From a virus (Duplodnaviria > Caudoviricetes), in the IMG/VR virus record IMGVR_UViG_3300020044_004535, positions 1 to 30,828 of that record: a stretch of 30,828 nt of DNA; one strand, written 5' to 3'. Both the position numbers and the translations under genes were made by a program. The notes under the pieces are model-generated. The model saw nothing but the letters and a program-made list of their open reading frames with translations, had not been told where the DNA came from and searched no databases. This document shows, piece after piece, positions 16,263 through 24,224 of this stretch (the stretch's first letter is position 1; each line of letters begins with the position of its first letter).

Positions 16263-16605
16263 ACCGCATAATGCAGCGGTAGGTTTTTGTTTCTGCATCA
16301 AATTCATGGATTGGTGCGAGTGTTAGAGCGTTTGGGATTGATAGCCCAAGCATTGCCGTTCTAACTTGATCGCGTAATGTGGCTCTAGCCGTAGCAGTAG
16401 CAGCCACAATGTCGATTTGGAATTCTGAGTTGTCAGTCTCAGCAGTTCCAGAGCCGCAAACGTCTTCGTCTATCGTGCCGCCAATTTGGGTGTATCGGAT
16501 AGCAGGCCAAACGGGAATTGCGGGTTCTTGCGGGAATGTGTCAGGGTAGCAGCGATTCGATACCAAACCCTTCAAAGCTGAGAAGATAATTGTTTCGTGG
16601 CTCAT
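16237..16605 (-). CDS. tail terminator (DUF3168-like)
   Basis: LVSNRCYP...P.....P.I.Y, FQIDI.A.T...A..L...VR.AM; synteny. Confidence 0.8.
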   Translation of the reverse strand: MSHETIIFSALKGLVSNRCYPDTFPQEPAIPVWPAIRYTQIGGTIDEDVCGSGTAETDNSEFQIDIVAATATARATLRDQVRTAMLGLSIPNALTLAPIHEFDAETKTYRCIMRFVIYGSSL

Positions 16606-17042
16606 TTTTTATATCTTTCGATTCGTGCCGCAAGTCGTTTTTTCATTGCTTCGCTTGCTTCGTTGATGTTTGCGGATAGAGCCACACCCAAAAAAGGCTT
16701 TGGCGACATTTTCACAGTTCCAAACTCCAAGAACCGCGCGTAAAAAGCATCTTTACCCATCGGGCCTGTGCCTGCCTTTGCCTTCTTAATGTCTGACTTC
16801 TTACCAACGCGAACAGCAACGTTATATTCTTCGGTGTAGTTTGTAACTCGTTTACGCTTCATCACAATGGCTTTTTCTAGGTTGCCAGTATCCTTTGGAG
16901 CGTTTTGCCTTGCAGCCTTACGCACGACACTTGCACCAGCGGCTGTGGCCTGTCTAGCAGCCTTTAAAGCCATATCAGACGAAAGACCGCGCAAGGCTTC
17001 GCCAAGCTCTCTAAGTCCTTCAATCTTGATGCTGTTAGCCAT
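16602..17042 (-). CDS. HK97 gp10-family neck/tail completion protein
   Basis: IEGLRELG.AL..L, AP.DTGNL..AI, AFYARFLEFGT.KM..KPFL. Confidence 0.88.
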   Translation of the reverse strand: MANSIKIEGLRELGEALRGLSSDMALKAARQATAAGASVVRKAARQNAPKDTGNLEKAIVMKRKRVTNYTEEYNVAVRVGKKSDIKKAKAGTGPMGKDAFYARFLEFGTVKMSPKPFLGVALSANINEASEAMKKRLAARIERYKK

Positions 17043-17376
17043 TGTTAGTGCCTGCCGTTCCAAAAATCGTGATGATGTTTTTACGGTCTACTTCATCAAT
17101 TGACTTAATGTTGTAAGTCTTTCCATCAAAGATAAACCGTGATGTGAGATCTATCACGGCTACTGCGTTTGAATAGCGAATTTGAATCCCTACATCATCA
17201 GCGCCTAAGATTTGATTACCCGAGTAAAATTCTCGGCCTTTACTGGAAAGTTTACGCGCCCAAACTGTTGCAATGGCTGTCCACGTAACCTCTAGATCAC
17301 CAAGCTCAGATTGTGTCTGCGTCTTGGCTTCTAAAGTCACACGGCGGTCAAACTTGCCAGCATCAATTGTGGTCAT
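17035..17376 (-). CDS. head closure / head-tail adaptor (SPP1 gp16-like)
   Basis: AGKFDRRVTL, W..IATVWA, GREFY, IQIRY, GKTYNI.SI. Confidence 0.85.
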   Translation of the reverse strand: MTTIDAGKFDRRVTLEAKTQTQSELGDLEVTWTAIATVWARKLSSKGREFYSGNQILGADDVGIQIRYSNAVAVIDLTSRFIFDGKTYNIKSIDEVDRKNIITIFGTAGTNNG

Positions 17377-17879
17377 GCCATGCCCTTCGCTACTCGATGG
17401 TGTCTGAGATACGCTTCTTCAATACGCTCTACCGTCATTGATTCAACCATGCCGCGATTGTCATACATGTGGTTAATTAGCAACAGAATAGCCAGCTTAA
17501 TGTCTGTTTCCACCATAGACGCATTGGTCACATAAGTAGCCACTAGCTTATCGGGCATTGTGGTGACTGTAACCATAGCAGGCACAGAATCAATATCTGC
17601 CGTGTACTCTACCGCTGTCGTTCCATCTGTCACGCTAGTGATTGAAGCCACTGGAGATAGCGGCAAAGGAATAGACAAGTTTTCGCCTACATAGACCGCT
17701 TGGAGCGTTTGGGCTGCAAGTGATAAGCCTGTGAAGCGTTCAGCGTGTTGCCGCGCTGCTTTGATGTAGGTCGTGATTAGCGTGTCTTCGTCCGTGTGGT
17801 CTACGCGCAATTGTGCTTTTGCCTCTGCCAGTGTGATTGGCTCTGTGGTGGCTTGTACGGTGATTTTGTAGCTACTCAT
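17373..17879 (-). CDS. head-tail connector (HK97 gp6-like)
   Basis: EPITLAEAKAQLRVD..DED.LI..YI.AAR..AE..T; IK.AILLLI.H.YDNR. Confidence 0.9.
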   Translation of the reverse strand: MSSYKITVQATTEPITLAEAKAQLRVDHTDEDTLITTYIKAARQHAERFTGLSLAAQTLQAVYVGENLSIPLPLSPVASITSVTDGTTAVEYTADIDSVPAMVTVTTMPDKLVATYVTNASMVETDIKLAILLLINHMYDNRGMVESMTVERIEEAYLRHHRVAKGMA

Positions 17880-18712
17880 TAGGCCCCCAATTTGTAGAAC
17901 TCAGGCTTTGCAAGTTTTGCCACGTTCAGATCTTTACCGTCTGTACCTCGCTTCACGCACAATTTCCATTCGTCCGAAGTTGCAGGCTTTGATGTAACGT
18001 CTGCCTTTTGACAGTGCCACATTGAGCCGCCCCAAGTTACCACGTTACCTTTTTGGTATGTCTCTCCGTCTTTCCAGACTTCTTTGTAGACCATCGTAGG
18101 CATTGACATCTTTACCACTTGGTCAGCGCCGCCCGTCATTTTGATTTTAACAGCAAAGGTGCTTTCGTCAATCGGGTGAACCTCAACAGTTGAAACACCA
18201 CGTAAAACCATATCCCATCCCGCGCGGTGTGGCTCTGCCTTTTCAATCGGGTCTGTGTTGCGTGAAGCCTTATAAACGCCGCCATCGTGCTGGGCGTAAG
18301 TGCCTTTGGCGTAAGTCTTGGATGCGTTAATCATTGGCAGAATGTCAATTTGAATCGCGTCTTTACCGTCTTGCCCATCCTTCCCGTCTTTACCGTCTGC
18401 GGGTTGTTTGAAGTTATCAGCCAGCCAAGCCTCTGCCAAGCCTTTGACAACTTCCATATCTACCGATTGACCGTCTTTACCGTCTTGAGGCGTAGGAATG
18501 GATTTCACTTGCTCTGTGAGCTTTTCTTGTAAACGCTTTTCCATGTCAGCAATTGCACCATCAAGGTCACGGCGAACGGTGGTTTTAGCCAACCCGATCA
18601 CCATGCGCTTTTGATCTTCCATCAACTCTTGGCGAATCTTTGCGCCTTCAAGTGTGATTGCTTCCTTGATTGTTTTGACTAGCGCGTCAAGTATTTCAGC
18701 GTTCATTTTCAT
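17879..18712 (-). CDS. collagen-like (GKD repeat) head/neck-associated protein
   Basis: DGKDGKDGQDGKDA repeats; C-terminal YQKG.VVTWGGSMWHC...W.LCVKRG.DGKD module. Confidence 0.75.
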   Translation of the reverse strand: MKMNAEILDALVKTIKEAITLEGAKIRQELMEDQKRMVIGLAKTTVRRDLDGAIADMEKRLQEKLTEQVKSIPTPQDGKDGQSVDMEVVKGLAEAWLADNFKQPADGKDGKDGQDGKDAIQIDILPMINASKTYAKGTYAQHDGGVYKASRNTDPIEKAEPHRAGWDMVLRGVSTVEVHPIDESTFAVKIKMTGGADQVVKMSMPTMVYKEVWKDGETYQKGNVVTWGGSMWHCQKADVTSKPATSDEWKLCVKRGTDGKDLNVAKLAKPEFYKLGA

Positions 18713-18715
18713 ACC

Positions 18716-19078
18716 TTAGATCTGGTTTGTTAATTTAGACTTCAATTCGTAGCCCATGAGTGGCCAAATCTTCTGGATAGCGTTGGCGCGGGCCACCTTG
18801 CGGCCAATCTCGGCGTCGAAGTTCTCAGGACTGGCGCACGCACTCTCGCCTGTGACTGTAAAACCGTTTCTCATTACCAGCACGCAGAATGTGAGCAAAG
18901 AAAGTGCCATTCCATCGCATAACTGCGATTCTGGGCCACCTCTGAAGTGACCATCAACACCATCCAAAGCTGTGAAGTAGTGGCACTCTTTAATGTTTGC
19001 CTCAATGTCATCAGGTGTGATGCGCGGGGCTGTCTTGCCCTTTGCTTGGATTTCTTGCTCAATAGATTGATCTGTCAT
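18716..19078 (-). CDS. N4 Gp49 / Sf6 Gp66-like protein
   Basis: MTDQSIEQEIQAKG.TAPRITP...LTFCVLV.RNGFTVTGESACASPENFDAEIGRK.A..NA..KIWPLMGYELK; start ATG 19078 after AGGGG. Confidence 0.85.
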   Translation of the reverse strand: MTDQSIEQEIQAKGKTAPRITPDDIEANIKECHYFTALDGVDGHFRGGPESQLCDGMALSLLTFCVLVMRNGFTVTGESACASPENFDAEIGRKVARANAIQKIWPLMGYELKSKLTNQI

Positions 19079-19091
19079 TTTAATTACCCCT

Positions 19092-21626
19092 TTAGATTTG
19101 GTTTGAGTTTGTGATATGTTGGCGAAGTTTAACCAAGCTCTGTTTGCTTGTTGTAAAGCCTGCGCCTTTAATGTCTGCAATGTCTTGCGTCAAAACGTCT
19201 AGCTTGATGCCGTTTTCAATTACTTGAGGCGCTTGAGCCAATTGGATTTGGTCGCCCACGTAGTAACTCTGCGTATAGACACCTTTAGCCATCGAAGTAC
19301 GGCGGCGAATGTTTGAGTTAATGTCCACACCGACAATATCAAAACCAGATACACCAATAAAACGATAGGTGACGTTACCAACCGTATCCAAGAGAGTGCC
19401 TGTCGCATAGTCGTTTGTAGCCGTTGCCGTTGTAACTTTCCACAATTCAAAAGTACCATCACCACCATTGATGGTCACAGAGCTATTGCCATTAGCGTCT
19501 TCAATGGCAATAGTGATAACTTCAGTCGTGTTAGCCGTAATCGTATCAGGAGCCACTGCAATCTCTGTGCTGTACTTGCTGTCGCCTGCGTATGAGGTTG
19601 ATTTAGTTGTAATCACGCCACCAGCCACGCCAATAACAGCGGCTGAGTCTTTGTTGATCTTATGACTAAATCCAGTTTGAACCTCAAGCGAAGTGCCAGA
19701 GCGGGTAAACATTTGACCAATCTTGATGCCTTGCTCTGTCAAGCGGAAAACGGCTGTGCGGTCATATACCTTGCTTGGTGTCTCTAGGCTTGTATACGCC
19801 TCAACTGTGGCTTGTGTGGCCTCTGTGATGCCTACGTCTTCGGCGTAATCGGGTGAGTAGTACAAGATGCCACCTGTGCCAGCCAAGAACGTACCTGTCT
19901 CACGCTTTGAGCCGTATTTCTCAACAGCGTAGGTATACGTTCCCGTAGCACCTGGGGCAATGTAATAAGCATACGTGCCAGCCGATGTGACTTGAGCTTG
20001 GAAATACTTTGTGACACCCGAAGCATCATAGATAGCTAGGGATGTGCCGATTTCCACGTTTTCAAATTGCCATGTGGTAGATGTACCAGCACTAGATTGA
20101 TATACGCCTTGAATTACAGCCCCATTTGACAATGTAACTGTCCCGCTTGCGTTATTCCACTGAGTTACAGTGCTATTTGATGCCAATACTGACGATTTAA
20201 TCGTTAGCGCGTTTGTAGTGCTGTTGTAGCTAATCTTGCTCGCTGCGGTAGCGTTAACGGTTACGCTTGCAAAGTTTGTTGTCAGTACACCGCCAGAAAA
20301 GCTAAACAAATTGCCGTTGTTGTAGCCGTTATACGAAGCCGCACCAACTTGAGAAATGGCTAAAACGTGTAATTCTTCTAATAGTTGCTGAAAATCATTT
20401 ATTGTCGTTGCTGAATTTATTTCTGATTGTGTTCGCGCAATACCACCTTGTGCAGTCATAGTGATTGGAGCGTATGCCGACAAATCATCGTCACCAAATG
20501 TCATATTTGGAGTTTCAATTTGCACTTGGTAGCCAAACTTTTGCAAAGTGAATTTCTGTCCTGTGTATCTTGTAATTGAGATACTTGAACCAGTAGCGAT
20601 TGCACCCACGCAAACGATTTGAGCGCGGCCTGTGCTTGCATCAGATGTGGTGCTGTCAGTGCCACTCAGGAAATCGCTAGTTGTCTCACTAAAAGTGCTT
20701 TTTTGACTTACTGTCGTGCTGCGGCTGTCATAAGTGCGAATCAATGTGCTTGGTTGCACTTGAATCTTCTTCATCACGCCGCCAATAAATCGGTTGCCTG
20801 CGTTCCAGTTAGCCGATGTCATTGAAGTTTTGCTTGCGCCAAACCAGCTTTCATCCGTGTAATTATTCAAACACATAATCACTGCCGAACCGTTAGAGCC
20901 AAAAGTATCCGCAAGGTTTGAAGTTACAGCAGCACCAGCGCGGCGAACGGTGCTTGAAACGTAGCATACCGAGTTGTTGTAATAAGGTCTGACAATTCGC
21001 TGACTTGCACTTTCTGTGTTTAATGCAGAGCGATAAACAACTTGACGTTGAGTCCCGCCAGCCAGTGCCAAGATAGGAAATGCCAGCACTTTTTGAAGGT
21101 TTAAGCCCTTCCAAAGTGTACCAATAGAAGTCGGTTCCACTTCTTGCTCGGTGTAAGCAGCAGATGTAACAATTGACCCATCCAAAGAGCCAATCATGAT
21201 TTCATTCAAATACCTTGGGTCACTGCCACCTGGGTTTCCTTGAACAGCGTAAACAAACCCGCCACCCTTCATGTCCAAACCATCTGACGTTGTATTTGTG
21301 ATGGTTGAGCCGTTAGTCACTCGCACAAAGTTTGAACGATTGCCTACGGATAATCCTACTGTTTGGATTAGCATCCAGTTACTAAAAAGCGTATTTGTCT
21401 TGTTTCGTGAACTATGCAGAATTACGCCATAGGCTTCGCAATCAACATAATAAGTTCCGCGTACGTTTACCAAAGAACAAGTATCATCAATATAGATATA
21501 CCGACCAGGCTTGTAGCGTTGGTTAACAATTAATGCAGCCCACGCTGTTTTAATTTCGGCATCTGTCACCGCGCCACTAAAACGCCAAACGTTTACGCCT
21601 GCTAATGTCGTACTAGTAACGCTCAT
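19092..21626 (-). CDS. 844-aa Thr/Ser/Gly-rich beta-strand protein, probable virion appendage
   Basis: Long ORF with AAGGA SD; no signal peptide; no family recognised. Confidence 0.65.
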   Translation of the reverse strand: MSVTSTTLAGVNVWRFSGAVTDAEIKTAWAALIVNQRYKPGRYIYIDDTCSLVNVRGTYYVDCEAYGVILHSSRNKTNTLFSNWMLIQTVGLSVGNRSNFVRVTNGSTITNTTSDGLDMKGGGFVYAVQGNPGGSDPRYLNEIMIGSLDGSIVTSAAYTEQEVEPTSIGTLWKGLNLQKVLAFPILALAGGTQRQVVYRSALNTESASQRIVRPYYNNSVCYVSSTVRRAGAAVTSNLADTFGSNGSAVIMCLNNYTDESWFGASKTSMTSANWNAGNRFIGGVMKKIQVQPSTLIRTYDSRSTTVSQKSTFSETTSDFLSGTDSTTSDASTGRAQIVCVGAIATGSSISITRYTGQKFTLQKFGYQVQIETPNMTFGDDDLSAYAPITMTAQGGIARTQSEINSATTINDFQQLLEELHVLAISQVGAASYNGYNNGNLFSFSGGVLTTNFASVTVNATAASKISYNSTTNALTIKSSVLASNSTVTQWNNASGTVTLSNGAVIQGVYQSSAGTSTTWQFENVEIGTSLAIYDASGVTKYFQAQVTSAGTYAYYIAPGATGTYTYAVEKYGSKRETGTFLAGTGGILYYSPDYAEDVGITEATQATVEAYTSLETPSKVYDRTAVFRLTEQGIKIGQMFTRSGTSLEVQTGFSHKINKDSAAVIGVAGGVITTKSTSYAGDSKYSTEIAVAPDTITANTTEVITIAIEDANGNSSVTINGGDGTFELWKVTTATATNDYATGTLLDTVGNVTYRFIGVSGFDIVGVDINSNIRRRTSMAKGVYTQSYYVGDQIQLAQAPQVIENGIKLDVLTQDIADIKGAGFTTSKQSLVKLRQHITNSNQI

Positions 21627-21652
21627 TCTCTATCCTTTATGCTTCTAGCCGT

Positions 21653-21681
21653 ATTTTATCTAACTTGCATTAGATTGGCTA
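21653..21681 (-). promoter_or_regulatory. possible sigma70 promoter TAGCCA-17-TAAAAT for the 844-aa gene
   Basis: Hexamer matches 4/6 and 5/6, 17-bp spacer, in an AT-rich divergent intergenic region. Confidence 0.4.
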
Positions 21682-21745
21682 GATTGATTGATCTGATTAT
21701 AGCCAATTACATTTTTTACATTGTTTGAGTTTTTTATGCCACAAA

Positions 21746-21777
21746 TGTAAGAATCTAGAAAGTTTTGTAGTCAAAAT
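21746..21777 (+). promoter_or_regulatory. putative promoter GTAAG-N6-GAAAG-N9-CAAAAT for the YadA-like gene
   Basis: Degenerate copy of the tandem-box layout. Confidence 0.45.
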
Positions 21778-21817
21778 ACCTAGTGTGCAAAGTCGCACTC
21801 AATCATAAGGTTACAAA

Positions 21818-22840
21818 ATGAAAAAACTCACTCTTATCGCTGCGCTGTTTGCTTTATCAGCTCACGCAGACACCATTACCTCAGCATCAGGCTCTTTGAC
21901 GCTTGTAGGCAAAAAGCCAGACGGTTCAACCACTGGCCAAGCTGTTCTTGATGGCAATGGCTTTATGCGTCTCAAAGGCATTATGGGCACTGGTGTAGAT
22001 CACCTCAATATCAGCGGCAATGGTCGTGATGTGAACTTGATCGCCTCTACCGGTCGTGTTGTTACTTTGGGCAACGCTAACGTGACTGTGGACAGCTCAG
22101 GATACCTTACATCATGGAAAGGCGCTACTTTTGGTGGCAAGGTCAACGCAGGTACGGGCGTTATCTCTGCCACATCATCTGAGCTGATTAACGGCTCTCA
22201 GCTTTACACCACAAACAACAACATCACCAGCCTTACATCTACTGTCTCAGCCAACAAGACAGCGGCGGCTAATGATGCAACAGCAAAGGCAAATGCTGCG
22301 CTATCTAGTGCAAACACCTATACAGACAGCAAGATCACTGCGACACAGTCAACTATCACCACTGAGGTTTCTCGCGTTGATGGACGGATTGACGCAACAA
22401 ATAGCACGGTAGCTTCTAACGCTACAAAAGCGTCAAATGACGCCACAGCCAAGGCTAATGCAGCCCTTGCATCTGCTAATAGCTACACCGATAGCCAAGT
22501 TGCTACCGTCAACTCAAATAGCACAGCCCAAGTGAACGAAGCACGCAAAGAAGTCAAGGCAGAGCGTGATCGTGCTGTGGCGGCTGAGGGATTATTGCAA
22601 CGTGAGATTAACGCTGTTGGCGCTATGACAATGGCCATTTCAGCGGCTAATTCATCTGTGGCGTACAGCGAAGACAAGAAAACATCGGTGACTGTGGGTT
22701 ATGGCTTCTACGGTAGCGAGCAAGCTATTAGCGCAGGTGTTGGTCACTTTATCAATGCACAGTCTCGCATCAGTGCGAATATTTCCAAGTCAGCAGCAGG
22801 TAAAACTGGTGTTGGTGTTGGCGCTTCTTATAGCTTCTAA
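21818..22840 (+). CDS. YadA-like trimeric autotransporter adhesin
   Basis: Sec signal peptide (..ALSAHA|D), neck-like INGSQL, duplicated stalk repeat (ANxYTDS), coiled coil, C-terminal four beta strands ending GVGASYSF. Confidence 0.85.
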   Translation: MKKLTLIAALFALSAHADTITSASGSLTLVGKKPDGSTTGQAVLDGNGFMRLKGIMGTGVDHLNISGNGRDVNLIASTGRVVTLGNANVTVDSSGYLTSWKGATFGGKVNAGTGVISATSSELINGSQLYTTNNNITSLTSTVSANKTAAANDATAKANAALSSANTYTDSKITATQSTITTEVSRVDGRIDATNSTVASNATKASNDATAKANAALASANSYTDSQVATVNSNSTAQVNEARKEVKAERDRAVAAEGLLQREINAVGAMTMAISAANSSVAYSEDKKTSVTVGYGFYGSEQAISAGVGHFINAQSRISANISKSAAGKTGVGVGASYSF

Positions 22841-22856
22841 CCGCAAGTAACGGCAA

Positions 22857-22896
22857 GCCATGTGTCTAGGTTGTATTCAGCCCATAGGCACATGGC
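22857..22896. other. long stem-loop between convergent genes
   Basis: GCCATGTGTCTA-GGTTG-TATT-CAGCC-CA-TAGGCACATGGC, about 17 bp with a 2-nt bulge, no U tract. Confidence 0.55.
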
Positions 22897-22942
22897 ATCC
22901 ATCATGCGAGGCGCATTTACCATGTAGACGGCTCTGCATACG

Positions 22943-23110
22943 TCAATCACAGACACCCGCCAATCCAAAGCTGCTTTGCTGTTCGGCTAGAGCCTGTTTT
23001 GCGCGTTCTAGCTCAAACTCTAGCTTTTCATTTGTATAGCTGACTTTAATAGAAAGGCCAGATGTAATCAGTGCGATTACAACAGCCCATTCTTTCAGCT
23101 TATTAAGCAT
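22943..23110 (-). CDS. 55-aa protein, N-terminal hydrophobic segment plus coiled coil
   Basis: Hand-translated MLNKLKEWAVVIALITSGLSIKVSYTNEKLEFELERAKQALAEQQ...GVCD; start overlaps the upstream stop. Confidence 0.5.
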   Translation of the reverse strand: MLNKLKEWAVVIALITSGLSIKVSYTNEKLEFELERAKQALAEQQSSFGLAGVCD

Positions 23111-23417
23111 CTAGCAACTCAAGGCCAATAGCCTCGCAGACTAAGCGATAAGCGCCAGCCGCCGAAGCATCCCACAGAGAATAACTCTCAGGGCCGAGAC
23201 TGCAAACACCGTCACCAGCAAAAACGCCGTTTTTATCTACTAGGGTGTATTTGAACGAAACTGTATCAACAAGGTTATCGGCAATGCTGACCACTGAGAT
23301 GCCTTCAATGTCAAGTTTTTGACCGTTACAAAATGCCGAATGTGGAGCTACTGCTTTGTATTGCATGGTTTTTTCAATCTGCAACATGGCAGAGCGATTG
23401 GTTAGGATAGGCCCCAT
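23103..23417 (-). CDS. hypothetical protein
   Basis: ORF track; AAGG SD; co-oriented with neighbours. Confidence 0.65.
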   Translation of the reverse strand: MGPILTNRSAMLQIEKTMQYKAVAPHSAFCNGQKLDIEGISVVSIADNLVDTVSFKYTLVDKNGVFAGDGVCSLGPESYSLWDASAAGAYRLVCEAIGLELLDA

Positions 23418-23428
23418 TTTAATACCTT

Positions 23429-23731
23429 TTAAGTGTTAGTTTGTTTTTTGTGAATGAAAGCGTAATAGAAGATCAATACACTAGCCCCCAAGTCCTTTGT
23501 AGACCAGAGAGGGAAATACCTATCTATCGGATAAAAGCCATTCTCAAGGTAGTGAATAGATCGAACGATCTGCACCACCAAACCAAATACTAAAAGGGTG
23601 AAGCCAATCTTTTGCAAAACGTGCAAGTGGTCAGAATCTTGAGGGAAAACGTAAAAGAAAGCGATGCCAACAGCCAGCACCTCAATAACCATCATTACGA
23701 TTAGCCAAAATGCCACTTGCTTGTCCGTCAT
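23429..23731 (-). CDS. 3-TM membrane protein
   Basis: Three hydrophobic segments; ATGA overlap with the upstream gene. Confidence 0.7.
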   Translation of the reverse strand: MTDKQVAFWLIVMMVIEVLAVGIAFFYVFPQDSDHLHVLQKIGFTLLVFGLVVQIVRSIHYLENGFYPIDRYFPLWSTKDLGASVLIFYYAFIHKKQTNT

Positions 23732-24195
23732 TTTGCCGCCTTCTTTGTAACCTTCTTTGCGGCTACTTTTTTGGCGGCTGGCTTGCGTGTCGGTTTTTTG
23801 ACACCCACTGAGCGGATTTCTTGCACCACTTCCAGCAAATCATTGCCTTCGCGCTTATCAAAGAAATTAGCCAAGAGGCTAACGATTGCAACAGCCACAA
23901 TACCAATGCCACCGCCAACAGCAAGGGCGATATTTGCGTCATTTGGGTCTAGTCCTAAAAATATGCTTAAAGCACCGCCAAAAATAACAGCAGAGCCTAC
24001 GGAAATTCCACCGATTATGGCTCCTGCGCCTAATCTGCCATGACCTTTGAGTTTTGCAGGTTGCCAAAAGAATGACAGCATATAACCCCCAAAAAGGCCA
24101 GCCAGAGCATAGTAAATTTTGCTTATTGCAAAGCCGCTTGCAATTGCCGAAGGTGCATCCATGCCCGTAGTTCCATCTGTTACAAATGCAGGCAT
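23728..24195 (-). CDS. holin-like 3-TM membrane protein with Lys/Ala-rich C-tail
   Basis: Three Gly-rich TM segments; tail KKPTRKPAAKKVAAKKVTKKAAK; start 24195 or 24162. Confidence 0.65.
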   Translation of the reverse strand: MPAFVTDGTTGMDAPSAIASGFAISKIYYALAGLFGGYMLSFFWQPAKLKGHGRLGAGAIIGGISVGSAVIFGGALSIFLGLDPNDANIALAVGGGIGIVAVAIVSLLANFFDKREGNDLLEVVQEIRSVGVKKPTRKPAAKKVAAKKVTKKAAK

Positions 24196-24224
24196 TATAG
24201 AGCCCCTCGGCTGTTGATTACAAG

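Noticed and set aside
19079-19180. N-terminal extension of the 154-aa ORF
   Set aside because: It overlaps the 844-aa gene; the family-like sequence and SD begin at ATG 19078
22837-22950. 37-aa minus ORF (MIDVCRAVY...) as a possible o-spanin, with its stop overlapping the adhesin stop
   Set aside because: No lipobox or signal peptide; the region is better explained by hairpins
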